From NCBI RefSeq assembly GCF_009914755.1, contig NC_060947.1: a stretch of DNA of 64,000 nt; one strand, written 5' to 3'. Below, piece by piece: positions 1 through 12,282 of this stretch (the stretch's first letter is position 1; every line of letters starts with the position of its first letter). The notes beneath the pieces were generated by a model. That model saw only the letters and a list, made by a program, of their open reading frames with translations, ran no database searches and had not been told where the DNA came from. The position numbers and the translations under genes are program-made. This DNA comes from the human T2T-CHM13v2.0 reference genome, Homo sapiens.

Positions 1-1433
1 CAGAAGGAAACTGTACGTCAACCCTGCAAACAGAATTAATTCCATTCAAACAAGCATTTGAGGATATAAAACCTGCCTTGAATTAGAATATTACTTAAAA
101 CTCTAAACTCAGAAATGGGCTGAGAAAAACGTCTGAAGTACTGATTTGATATCCAGCTCAGCCGATCCTTCACTAATATCACAGCTTATAGAAAAACAGA
201 CAGGAACTTAGGAAATTATGTACCCATCAGCCCTTCCTGAGGACTCCACTAGAGCAAGGGTCTGCAAACTATGGCCCACTGGTTGGAATATTTACCATAT
301 GGCTCTTTACAGAAAACGTTTGCTAACTTATATTCTAAAGGGTAAACTGGGATTGTGATTCCACAGGTAACGACAGGAAAATCTTCCCTACAACATCTGA
401 TGGCAAGCATTTGGTATCTAATACTAAAATGAAGGTGAAGCAAGGAAAATGACTAACGTGCATTTATTTTATATTGTGGAAAAAAAGAAATAGTGCAAGT
501 AAAATAAGAGAAGTGAGAGAGATAGAAAGAAAAAGAGAATAAACTTTTTTTTTTTCATAAGGCAGTAGATGAGTGTTAAAAGGAGACTGGGGGTTAAAAA
601 CAAACTAGTGGACCAGATAGTAAAATGTTCAATAAGAAAGCAGGTGCTAAAAGTAATTTTTCTAATGACAAAGTTTACATGCTAACATTAAAATTGAAAA
701 TTCACAGTGAATATATAATACTTAGGAATACTTATGCACCAAATAACATAGGAACCACCTTTGTAATGCCAAAAGGTATGGAGACATTGAAGCACAGTAA
801 TAATAGGAGATTTAATACATGGCAAGTCTCAGTACAAGGCAAATCCAGTGGTACAATAAAGAGACCTATACCGAAAATGTAAACAACACAATAAGATACA
901 TTGTGTGTGTGTATACACACATAGGCATACATACACACACATAAATCTACACCTTGGAGATAAAGAATATACCACCTTGTCAAAAGCTGATGGCACGTTA
1001 ACAAAACGTGATCATAATTACCTCACAGTGAAGGCCTCGCTAATTTCCATAAAGTAGAAATATTACAACCAACCCTCTGCAATCACGATGCAACAAAAGT
1101 AGAACTTACTAACACAAACTGAAAGCACAAAGGCTCTTCTACCTGGAAAAAATGTTCAGTCTTCTATTAAGCAAATGTCGAGATAAAGACGAGATACCAA
1201 CTGAAGTTACAGAAATATTTAAGAAGAGTGATTATAAGAGCTTACATATGAGACTCTGTAGAAGATAGTTAAAGCAGTGATTGGAAGCAGATTCAGAGCG
1301 CTAAATACTCTCATCAATGAAAATGAACGAATAAAATTAGACAAATTAAAGCACTGCCTCAAAAATCTAATAAAAGAACAACCCGGGAAACCAAAAGAAA
1401 CACAAATAAAGAAATAACATAAAAGCAGAAATT

Positions 1434-1762
1434 GCCGGGCTTGGTGGCTCACACCTGTAATCCAACCACTTTGAGAGGCTGAGGCGGGAGGATCACTTGA
1501 GGCCAGGCGTTTGAGACCAGCCTGGGCAACATAAGGAGACCCTGCCTCTACAGTAATAATAATAATAATAATGATTCTTTAGCAGGGCGTGATGGAACAT
1601 GCCTGTAGTCCTACTTACTGAGGAGGCGGAGGTGGGAAGATTGCTTGAGCCCAGGAGCTCAAGGCTGCAGTGAGCTGTGATCACAACGCTGCACTCCAGA
1701 CTGAGTGATCCAGGGAGATTCGGTCATTAAAATGAATGAATGAATGAATGAATGAATGAATA
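1434..1762 (+). mobile_element. AluJ-like SINE with (TAA)n linker and (GAAT)n tail
   Basis: Alu left/right arm consensus motifs. Confidence 0.9.
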
Positions 1763-4324
1763 CATAAGCAGATGTTAATAAGATACATAGTAGAAAAACA
1801 ATGTGTGTATATTTATTAAATCAAAATCCTGGTTTTTTTTTTAATGGACAAACTCACTAGGCAGATTAATGAAGGAAGAAAGGGAGAGAGCACAAATATA
1901 CAAAATAATAAACGACAAATGATAATCATTTAAACAGAAAAAATTAGGTTGCTTTTCAAACCTGTGTATAAAGAAATTAAAAATACACATGAAATAAATA
2001 ATTTCCTAGGAAAATACAGATTATCAAGATTTTTACTCTAATGCTGGAAGGCTTAACTTGGCCAATTTTTACAGAAAAAAATGGAAAAAGTTATTAAGGA
2101 ATAACTCCCAAGAAGCACCTGGCTCAGATGCTATTACAGGTCAATTCTACTAAACCTTCAAAGATCAGATAGTACCAGAGTGCCAATGCTCTATAAATTA
2201 TTCAACAGCATTATAAAGGAAATTTTCATAACTTCCTTTATGAAGCAAGTGTGACATGGATAGATAAGTGTAGATGCAAAAATGCTAGATAAAATATTAG
2301 CAAACAACATATTTAAAAAATCATAATATACTTTGGCAAAGTGGGATTTATCCCATCAATACAGATTGGCTCAATATTAGAAAGTACCTTGATATCATCC
2401 ACCATATTAATATACTTAAAGACAAATATCATATGGTTATCACCACAGATGTTGAAAAAGCCTTTGGAAAAATTCAACACCTCTTTATGTTAAAAAATAG
2501 AAAAGCCTTAAGAAAATAGGCACCACAGGATGCTTTCTTAACATGATAAAACATATATACCTAAGTCCTAATGCTAGTAACTTATTTAATGGGGTGGGGG
2601 GGCACTCGAAGCTTTCCCTTGGGATCAGGAACAAGGAAAGCATGCCTACTACCTCACACCTATTCAATCTTGCATTACAAGTATTAGTCAACTGAGCAGA
2701 GAAATAGATCATTTTCCTAGGAATGAATAAGAAGAACTAAAAAGCACAGCAAAGGGAACAATCAACAAAATGAAATGGCAACTTACACATTGAGAGCAAA
2801 TACTTGCAAAACATATATATGAATAAGGGGTTAGCATCCAAATTTTGTAAGGAAATCATACAACTCCATAGCAGAAAAACAATCAAATTTAAACAACGGG
2901 CAAAGGACCTGAATAGACATTTCTCCAAAGAAGACATACACACTGACTAACAGGTGTATGAAAAAGTGCTCAACATCATTAATCATCAGGAAAATGCAGA
3001 TAAAAGCTACTATGAGGCAACACCATACAACCATTAGGATAGCTATTATCAAAAAGCCAAGAGATGGCAAACATTGCCGAGTGTGTGGAGAAAAGGGAAC
3101 CCTTGTACACTGTTGATGGGAATGTAGATAGGGACAATCATTATGGAAAACAGTATGGAGGTACCTAAAGAAATAGATTTTTTTTTTCTGTTTTAGTAAA
3201 TAAAATGGTAGTTCTACATTTTTCTATTTTAGAAAAAAATATGGTAGTGAAAAAGAGAACTATCATATGACCCAGCAACTGCTTTTCTGGGTATCTACTT
3301 AAAGGAAATAAAATAACCACCTTTTGAAAGTAGCTGATCTTTGAAAAGTATCTGAACTCCCATGTTCACTGCAGCATTAATCACAATAGCCAAGATATGG
3401 AAACAACCTAGGTGTCCATCAAGGGACAGATGGATACAGAAAATGTGTTGTATGTATACACTTTAAAAAGGAGATCTTGCCATTTGCCAAAACATGGATG
3501 AATCTGGAGGACATTATGCTATAACAATGAAATAATAGTGAAATAATCCAGATACAGAAAGAGAAATATTGCATGATCTCACTTATATGTGGAATCTTAA
3601 AAAAATAAAAGTAAAACAAAACTCAAATATACAGAGATACAGAATAAAGCAGTGGTTATCAGGGTCGGGGTGGGGAGGAGGGGATGGGAGGAGGAAAGCG
3701 GGAGATGTAGGTCAGAGGATGCAAAGTAGCAGATATGTAGGATGAAAGAGACTAGAGATCTAGTGCACAACATGCTGGAATACAGTTTGTACAATTGTAC
3801 TATTAAGTATGATGCGGGATTTCTGCTAAATGAATAGATTTTAGCGCCTACTGCTACCAAAACCAAAAATGGGTCACTATGTGACATAATGGGTTATGTT
3901 AATTTGTTCCACTATAGTAACTATTTTACTATCCATACGTGTCCCATAACACCGTGTTGTATACCTTAGATATACACAATAAAACTTACTTTTTACAAAG
4001 AGAAGTAAAGCCATCTCTACATGCAGATGATATTATAGTATACCTGAAAAACCCTATAGAAACGATGATAAATCAACTGAACCAGTAAAAGAAGTCATTA
4101 AGGTAGCAAAATATAAAATTAACATACAAAAAATCAGCAGTCTTTTAATACACACACAAAAAATAAGCAGCTGGAGGATACATTCACAGACAAAGCCCCA
4201 TATACACTAGCAACAAGGATTAAAGTTTAGGAATAAACTTGATAACAACATTTATACAAGAAAAATTTTTAAATATGCCTGAATGACACCACAGAAGACT
4301 TGAACAAATGGAAACACATACGCT

Positions 4325-4778
4325 ATCTGAGATGGTCTGAATGTTTGTGTACCCCCAAAATTACTATCTTGAAATTTTTTATTTTTATTTTTATTTTATT
4401 TTATTTTATTATTATTACACTTCAAGTTTTAGGGTACATGTGCACAATGTGCAGGTTAGGAAATTTTACCCGCAAGGTGATGCCATTAGGAGGTGGGGCC
4501 TTTTGAGAGGCGACTAGGTCATAAGGGTGGAGCCCTTATGAATGGGATTAGTTCTCTCATAAAAGAGGCTTCAGAGAGCTGCCTTGTCCCTTCCACCATG
4601 TTGAGGATACAATTAGAAAGTACCATCGATGAGGAAGAGGGTCCTCACCAGACACCAAATCAGCCAGAATCTTTATCTTGGACTTGTCAGTCTCCAGAGC
4701 TGCGAGAAATAAATTTCTGTTGTTTATAAACTACCTAGTCTATGGTATTTTGTAATAGCAGCCCAAACAGACTACGTC
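4325..4778 (+). mobile_element. MLT1A-like MaLR LTR interrupted by a short inverted L1PA 3' end (4379-4459)
   Basis: atggtctgaatgtttgtgtacccccaaaa...tatggtattttgtaatagcagcccaaacagact; insert flanked by GAAATTTT direct repeat. Confidence 0.8.
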
Positions 4779-5142
4779 ACTGTCCTAGATGGAATAATCC
4801 AGCATTAAAAAGATGTCGGTTCTTCCTAAATTGGTGTATAAATTTAATTCAGTCGCAAAAACGCCAGCACACATTTTTATGCATTTAGGCAAATTGATAA
4901 TAAAGTTAATATATTTGTGAAAACATGCAAGCATAGCCAGGAAACACGTGAAAAAGAAAATCTATGAGAGGGGACTTATGATATCAGCCAGAAAAGCACA
5001 CTATAAAGCCTCTGTAATTACGACATTGTGGCACTGGTGCAAGAATAGACTAATAGCCCAGTGGACTAGAATAGAAAACTCAGAAATACAACCAAATCAT
5101 ATGACAGTTAGTACATGATAAAGATGGCACATAAACTCTTTA

Positions 5143-5679
<537 letters not shown>

Positions 5680-6339
5680 TCAAATTCCGGAGGCAATGAA
5701 AGAAAAAAATAATCAATCCATTTGACCACATAAGGATAAACGAAAGTGATGCAAATGCATCATAAATAAATCAAAAGGCAACTGACAAATTGATGTAAAG
5801 TACTTGCAGCACATATCGCAGACAACTGGATAATATTCCAAATATATAGAGAGCTCTTAAATATTGAGGGATGAAGGACCACAACAGCAATAGAAATATG
5901 GGGGAAAGATATGAACAGATAATTCCAACAAAAAGTATAAAAACAGTCCTCAAATATATGGTTAAGTGTCAAAACTTGCTCATAGTTAGACAAAGGTATA
6001 TTACAGAAACAGCGAGACACCATTTCTCGCCTAACCCGTAGAAAAAAGTTTCAAAAGTAAGGCAACATGTTCTGTTAGTGAGGCTGTGGGGAAATTGTCA
6101 TTCTCATATATTGCTAATGGAAATGAAAACCAGTACAATCCTTCTGGAGAGAAACTTGGAAACACCTAAGAAAACTACATGTGCACTTAACTTTTGGCCC
6201 AATAATCCTACTAGTGGGAATATACCTTGAAGGTACATTTCTACCAATACAAAAAAAAAAAAAAAATCATGTCCAGGGTTATTCGCGGGAGTAATGTCTG
6301 TAACTGCAAAATCTTGGAAGGAATTTAAAAGCCCATACA

Positions 6340-6655
6340 GGCCAGGCACCATGGCTCATGCCTGTAATCTCAGCACTTTGGAGACCAAGGCGGGAGGATC
6401 ACTGGAGGCCAGGAGATCCAGACCAGTCTGGGCAACATAGCGAGGCCCCATATCGACAAAAAATAAAATAAAAAATAAAAAGTCTTTAATTAGCCAGGCA
6501 TGGTGGCACACACCTGTAGTCCTAGCCACTTGGGAGGCTGAGGCAGTTGTGAATTGCTTGAGCCCAGGAGTTTGAGGTTACCATGAGCTATGATTGTGCC
6601 ACTGCACTTCAGTCAGCCTGGGTTATAGAGCGAGACCTGGTTTCTGTATTAAAAA
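6340..6655 (+). mobile_element. AluJ SINE
   Basis: Alu consensus with AluJ-type gagcccaggagtttgagg right arm. Confidence 0.9.
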
Positions 6656-7879
6656 CAAAATGCCCAAACATAGGCGAGTGGTTGAATAAACTATGTGTGG
6701 CGCAGCCACACAATGGAGTACAATGCAGCTGTAAAAACGAACGATGAAGATCTCTGTGAAACAATATGGAGTGATTTCCAAGAATGCTGTTAAGTAGGAA
6801 AGGCAAAGTGCAAAGGAACATGTATAGTATGCTATCCTTCGTGTAAGAAAGGAATATGAGAAAACATGTATGTATCTGCTCATTTGGGCAAAATAAATAC
6901 AGGAAAGGTTAAACCAGAAACCAAAGGGGCTGATTACCCTACAGGGAGGGCCAGGGAAAGAAGTGGAAAGAAATGGGGAATGGGAACAGGGTAGAAGGGA
7001 TGACGAAGGAGTGACATTTCTCCGAGTATAGGTTTTTGTATAACCCTGACTCTTTGGATCATAGTAATGATGCACATACCCAAAATATAAATAAAAAATT
7101 AAAATCAACCGGGATATTGGGGTGAGGGTACCCCAAATCAAACAGAAACAGGTTCAACTAACAATATTACAAATGAGTGTCTTAACCACGCTGAAGGAGA
7201 GAGGAAGAAAAGATCTAAGATACATAACTTTGGAGAGCAGTATTTTGACTATATCCTCTAAGGCCAAAGACAAAAACAACTGTACAAAAATATAAGTTAT
7301 TAATATGTTTGCAACAGGGGCATTTGTTAGCAATTCAGGCGCTACTTTATGTATCTACTGACCAGAAATAAACAGGTATGTAAACTATTTGATAATGAAA
7401 GCCAGGTCGGAGAACGAATCTACAAATAAGTCTAGAATGATTGGAATTGAAAGTATCAATACAAGCTCCTGGCTTTTAATAGCTATGCATACAGATAGAT
7501 ACCAAAATAAATGTGGATGTGTCTATAGGCATGGGTGTATACATACATTATTTCCTAACCCTCTCCATAGAGAGAGCCTTAGCAGCAATGAAACGCCATT
7601 AATAATGAACACACACCGAGATACTGGTTGGTAAATATCATTCCCCAAGAAAGGGAACCGGGGCTCCTCGTAGAAGTTGTTTTAATCCAGGGCTATAAGG
7701 GGTGTGTGTGTGTGAGGGGAGGGGGGCACACACATGCTGAATCTGAACATCTTATTGTGCCAGAAAAAGGTACCAAAAAAGGATAGGGTCATATCAAAAG
7801 ACCACAGAACCAACCAAAATGACTTCCCAATGGCCAAGGCTAGAACAGTTCAAAGAACAAAATAATGATATAATTAGAT

Positions 7880-8013
7880 TAAATTTTTATTTTATTTTAT
7901 TGCAAGTTCCAGGATACATGCGCAGGATGTGCAGGTTCATTACATAGGTAAACCTGCGCCCTGGTGGTTTGCTGCACCCATCAACCCATCACCTAGGTAT
8001 TAAGCCTGGCATG
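7880..8013 (-). mobile_element. Short L1PA 3'-end fragment
   Basis: T-rich tail plus gatacatgcgcaggatgtgcagg...cacctaggtattaagcc, the reverse of an older L1PA 3'UTR. Confidence 0.8.
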
Positions 8014-8444
8014 TATAACATAATTATTCAAGAGCCCATACTGAGATAAATAAATTGAAGAAATAAATGAATGAGGGAGTAAAGATAGCTCTTCCTTACA
8101 GAGGAATTCCAATTAATAAATGTAGCAGAAATTAGGAAAACAGAAAATCACCATTAGGTAATATTTGCTGTAGGCAAGATCCCTAGACAGATTTTAACAG
8201 TAGTGGGTCAAAGTCTGCGAAGAAACAGGAATATAAGAGGATCTATTGTGTTTCTTCTTAAAGAACTTTTCACACTATATTTATTACTAACAAAGAGGAA
8301 AATAGTAGCATTACACTGGGGCAGCATAACTCCCACCACTTTAACCAAGTGATCAAGGTGAGCACCACCAGTAATACAACTTATGGATGTCATGTACCCC
8401 TGACATGATCCACATAGAAGGGAACGAAATCACGTTTGCGGTAA

Positions 8445-8958
8445 TGTCGCATAAGACCTAAAATTAGAGGTCCAATTATATGGATGCCTTGACATCTGGG
8501 GTAGAACAGGAGGACCCTGAATGGCCTCACCACAAGTTATCTTCCCTATTGGGTTCCCAGGGAGAAAGGCCCCCTGGCCAAAGTACCCTCCTTATTATCA
8601 TGTTGAACAGACACAGTGCCTGCTTATCTCTGGGTAGCATGTTTCAGGTCCCCACCAGCCTGCAGAATTATTCAAACAAGCCAATCGTCCTACCCTGAAC
8701 CAACGGTCACTTCATCCTCTGGTTACTACAAAGACTTCCCCCTGAAAGCCCCTGCTTGTTCACTCTCTTCCAGAGTGTGACACTGTGTGGCTCTACCTGG
8801 CGTGAGGTGCCCTCCTCTCTCCAGTTGTGAGTAAATGTTACTGATAAATTGCTGTGGATTCCGTCTGTCCAGTATAGGGTACCATGTGTTCAGCCGCCCC
8901 CATAACACTAGGGTGGGAATCCCTCCCTCGCCACTGGGAAAGGGAGGAGAATAAAACA
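8445..8958 (+). mobile_element. Solo ERV LTR (LTR47/MER72-like) inserted in L1M 3'UTR
   Basis: TG...CA termini, CCAAT, ~515 bp; L1M sequence resumes after it. Confidence 0.65.
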
Positions 8959-10006
8959 GGTGTGCTTGCTACAAATGCACAACTTCAATCTAATCATAAG
9001 AAAACATGAGACAAACACAAATTGAGAGACATTCCACAAAATACCTGACTGGTATCTCCAAAAGTGTCAGGGCTGTGGAAGACCAATAAAGATTGAGGAA
9101 ATGTCAGCCTGGAGGAGACTAAGGAGAAATGAAGACCAAATGCAATGAAGCGTCCTGGATAAGATCCTAGAATAGAAAAAGGACATCAGTGAGATATCTG
9201 GTGAAATTCACATAAAATCTGTAGATTAGTTAATAGTACTACATCAATGCTAACTGTTGGTAATTAACATCGATGTAGTAATGTCAATTAGTGCATCAAT
9301 GTAATGTAGTAGTTAGTTTTGGTAATTTTTCTATGGTTATATAAGATGTTAACATTAAGGAAATCCAGGCGAGGGCTCTCTGTATAATCATTTTTGTAAC
9401 TTTTCTGTAAGTCTAAAATTATTTCAGAGTAAAGAATTTTAAAAGACAAAATCAGTGGCTAAAGGGCTGGCAACCTATAAACCACACTGCTTAACAATAA
9501 CCAATTGAAACATAGTTAGAAGGATGCATACAAAGAGGGATACATGCTCATACCACATGATTCATTAAAAAGATTATAAGAGATGAAAGCCCAGTCATCT
9601 TCAACACACAGGTGAATATGTATTTACTCTTCAGATGAGGAAAGCATTTTTAAGCATAAAAGGAATGAAATACAATAGAAAGAAAAATATCTATACAATC
9701 CAATATTTACAATTTAAAGCCCGCCATATCAAAATTAACCATAAACAAAACTAAGATGCAAAAGAGAAATATAACTTTCTGAAGAAGAAGAGAAAACCTG
9801 CCTGAGAAATTGCAAAGAGAGAACATGAAGTGATTAGCCATACAATTGAACCTAATCACACGTGAAGATAAGGGATACATAGAGAGTGGACTGGAGAGTG
9901 GACCACTGAGCAATCCAGCCGGATTTGCCTTTCCTATGAATCCCTAAACCTTGACCCTAGGTAATGTAGGCCAAAAAAGGCCTAGTTTATATAAAATTTA
10001 TAGAAG

Positions 10007-10311
10007 GGCCGGGCACGGACGCTCACGCCTGTAATCCCAGCACTTTGGAAGGCCGAGGCGGTGGATCCCCTGAGGTCGGGAGTTGGAGACCAGCCTAACC
10101 AATATGGAGAAACCCCCTCTCTACTAAAAATACAAAAATTAGCCTGGCATGATGGCGCATGCCTGTAATCCCAGGTACTTGGGAGTGAGGCAGGAGAATC
10201 GCTTGAACCCGGGAGGTGGGGGTTGTGGTGAGCCGAGATCGCGACATTACGCCCCAGCCTGGGCAACAAGAGCCAAACTCCGTCTCAAAAAAAAAAAAAA
10301 AAAAAAAAAAA
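10007..10311 (+). mobile_element. AluS (Sp/Sq-like) with long poly(A)
   Basis: Alu consensus and ~25-nt A tail. Confidence 0.95.
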
Positions 10312-10334
10312 AGGCAAAAAAGAAAAGAAAGGAA

Positions 10335-10720
10335 ATTTATGGAAAAGATATTGTTGTAATTTACCTAATTGGAAGAAGACTTGGAACCAACCTGGGAGCT
10401 ACACTTCCCCTCAGAATCTTGCCACAAACAAGACGCAATCTTGTGGGTGGGGCCCAGCGTCTTAACGGTTCCTTCTCAAAGCAGTGGGGAGAGGACTTCA
10501 ATTGGCTCAGCTTGGTCAGGTGACCTCCTTTGACCAATCATCTCCATACTGGGAGGCGGAGCCAGATTCCTGCCCCTCCCCCTCCTGGGGCTCGGGGGAC
10601 GGGGGGCAGGGAAGGAGAAGGGGTTTCGAGAAACCAAGGGTGGGAGAGCGGGAGGGGCAGGAAGGATTGTGGGACAGGCGGGTGGGAGTGTGTGAGGTGG
10701 AAAGGGAGGGGTGTTCTGAT
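10335..10720 (-). promoter_or_regulatory. Candidate promoter/first exon in a degenerate MLT1-type (MaLR) LTR; possible NXF2B 5' end
   Basis: CCAAT boxes (10501-10505 minus, 10534-10538 plus), GC box GGGAGGCGGAG (10551), TAACGG (10463), minus-strand donor CCAATTAG|gtaaat at 10365/10364. The motif attggctcagcttggtcaggtgacc..gaccaatca resembles MLT1J/K LTRs. Confidence 0.5.
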
Positions 10721-10814
10721 TATAAGCCTGCCCCACCCGCTGATTTCGTCTTAGGTGAAAAGTGAGGCACAATGCCATTGTGTATGGCCTGGGCACTGGC
10801 CAGCCAGGGTTTCT

Positions 10815-10833
10815 TTGCTTTCTTTCTTTCTTT

Positions 10834-10887
<54 letters not shown>

Positions 10888-11165
10888 AGACGGCGTCTCG
10901 CTCTGTTGCCCAGGCTGGAGTGCACTGGCGGGATCCCATCTCATGCAACCTCTGCCTCCCGGGTTCAAGCAATTCTCCTACCTCAGCCTCCCGAGTAGCT
11001 GGCATTACAGGCACCTGCCACCACGCCCGGCTGGTTTTTCTATTTTCAGTGGAGACGGGGTTTTACCATGTTAGCCAGGATGGTGTCCCTCTCTTGACCT
11101 CGTAATCCGCCCGACTCGGCCTCACAAAGTGCTGGGATTACAGGCGTGAGCCACCGCGCCTGGCC
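10815..11165 (-). mobile_element. AluS with long T-rich tail
   Basis: Reverse Alu consensus; TSD CCAGC[C/G]AGGGTTTCT at 10800 and 11166. Confidence 0.95.
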
Positions 11166-12039
11166 CCAGCGAGGGTTTCTACCAGGCCACGTCTCAACAC
11201 AGACAGTTAAAAGCTCAAATTTAGTGGACGTGTAGCAGGGGATGCTTACTTAAAAAACGCATGGCCACTTGATGGCAAAAGGCTGTCAGATATTAGTGTC
11301 TCTGGTTCTCTGATATATTAAAGAAGGAACTGAGTCCTGACCAAAGATAGGAAAAATGTGTTGTCCTCTGCAGTGAAGCCAACAGAGCATTTACACTGAT
11401 GCCTGGCAAAGGCGGCACAAAGGAGAAGACTTCCACCCATCTAATAATACTATCAATTGCAAAGCAGCCAATATTTGTTTGAATGTCCAACCCTCAGCCC
11501 ACACTCCTGATTCCACTTCTTCCCTATTTGATTTTTCCCCCCCGCAGTCATCTTCTGGAATGCAATATATTTTAATCATATGCTGTTTTTGTTTTTTATT
11601 GTCTGTCTCCCATGGTGGAAAAATAAAAATTCCAGAAGGGCAAATATCTTTGTCTATTGCTCATTAATGTACCCTAAGTGCCTATAACAATGCCTGCTTC
11701 AGTGGATACTTTGAATGAATAAATGGATTTTTCTCCAGCCACACTAGCCTCCTTTTTGTTGCTCTAACACTAGCTCAGCAAGCATACTCCCATACCGTTG
11801 AGTGTTTTTCTGTAACAGCCTGGCTTTAGATATCCCTATAGCTACCTTCCTTACTTAGTGTACATCTCTGATCACCTTATCAGACATGTGGTACTTTTCT
11901 TCATGACAGTTAGCATGTCACTGTGTTGTTTTTGTTTTCTTTTGTTGTTTTCTTTTACTCTAATTACAGGTAAAGAAGCAGATCAGCTATGTCTGTTTTA
12001 ATTTTTGCAGTACAGTGTCATCTTTCAGTAGATGGGGTA

Positions 12040-12282
12040 ATGGGCATCAGGTATCTTAGGATTGAATCCGTGGCATTACCACTTTGTAGCTAAATAACCT
12101 TGGCCAGGTAAACTCTTCCAAGCTTTTATTATCCATCTTTAAACTGGGAATAGTAAAAAATTTAACCTCATAAGGCTGTGATGACATTTCATTAAGATAG
12201 TCCATATTCAGTCATGCACCACATAATGACTTTTTGTTCAATGATAGACCACATATATGATGGTGGTCCCATCATATCATAA
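12040..12282. mobile_element. MIR fragment followed by a Tigger3/MER7-like terminal fragment
   Basis: MIR core catctttaaactgggaatagtaa...acctcataaggctgtg; cagtcatgcaccacataatgac...ggtggtcccat. Confidence 0.6.
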
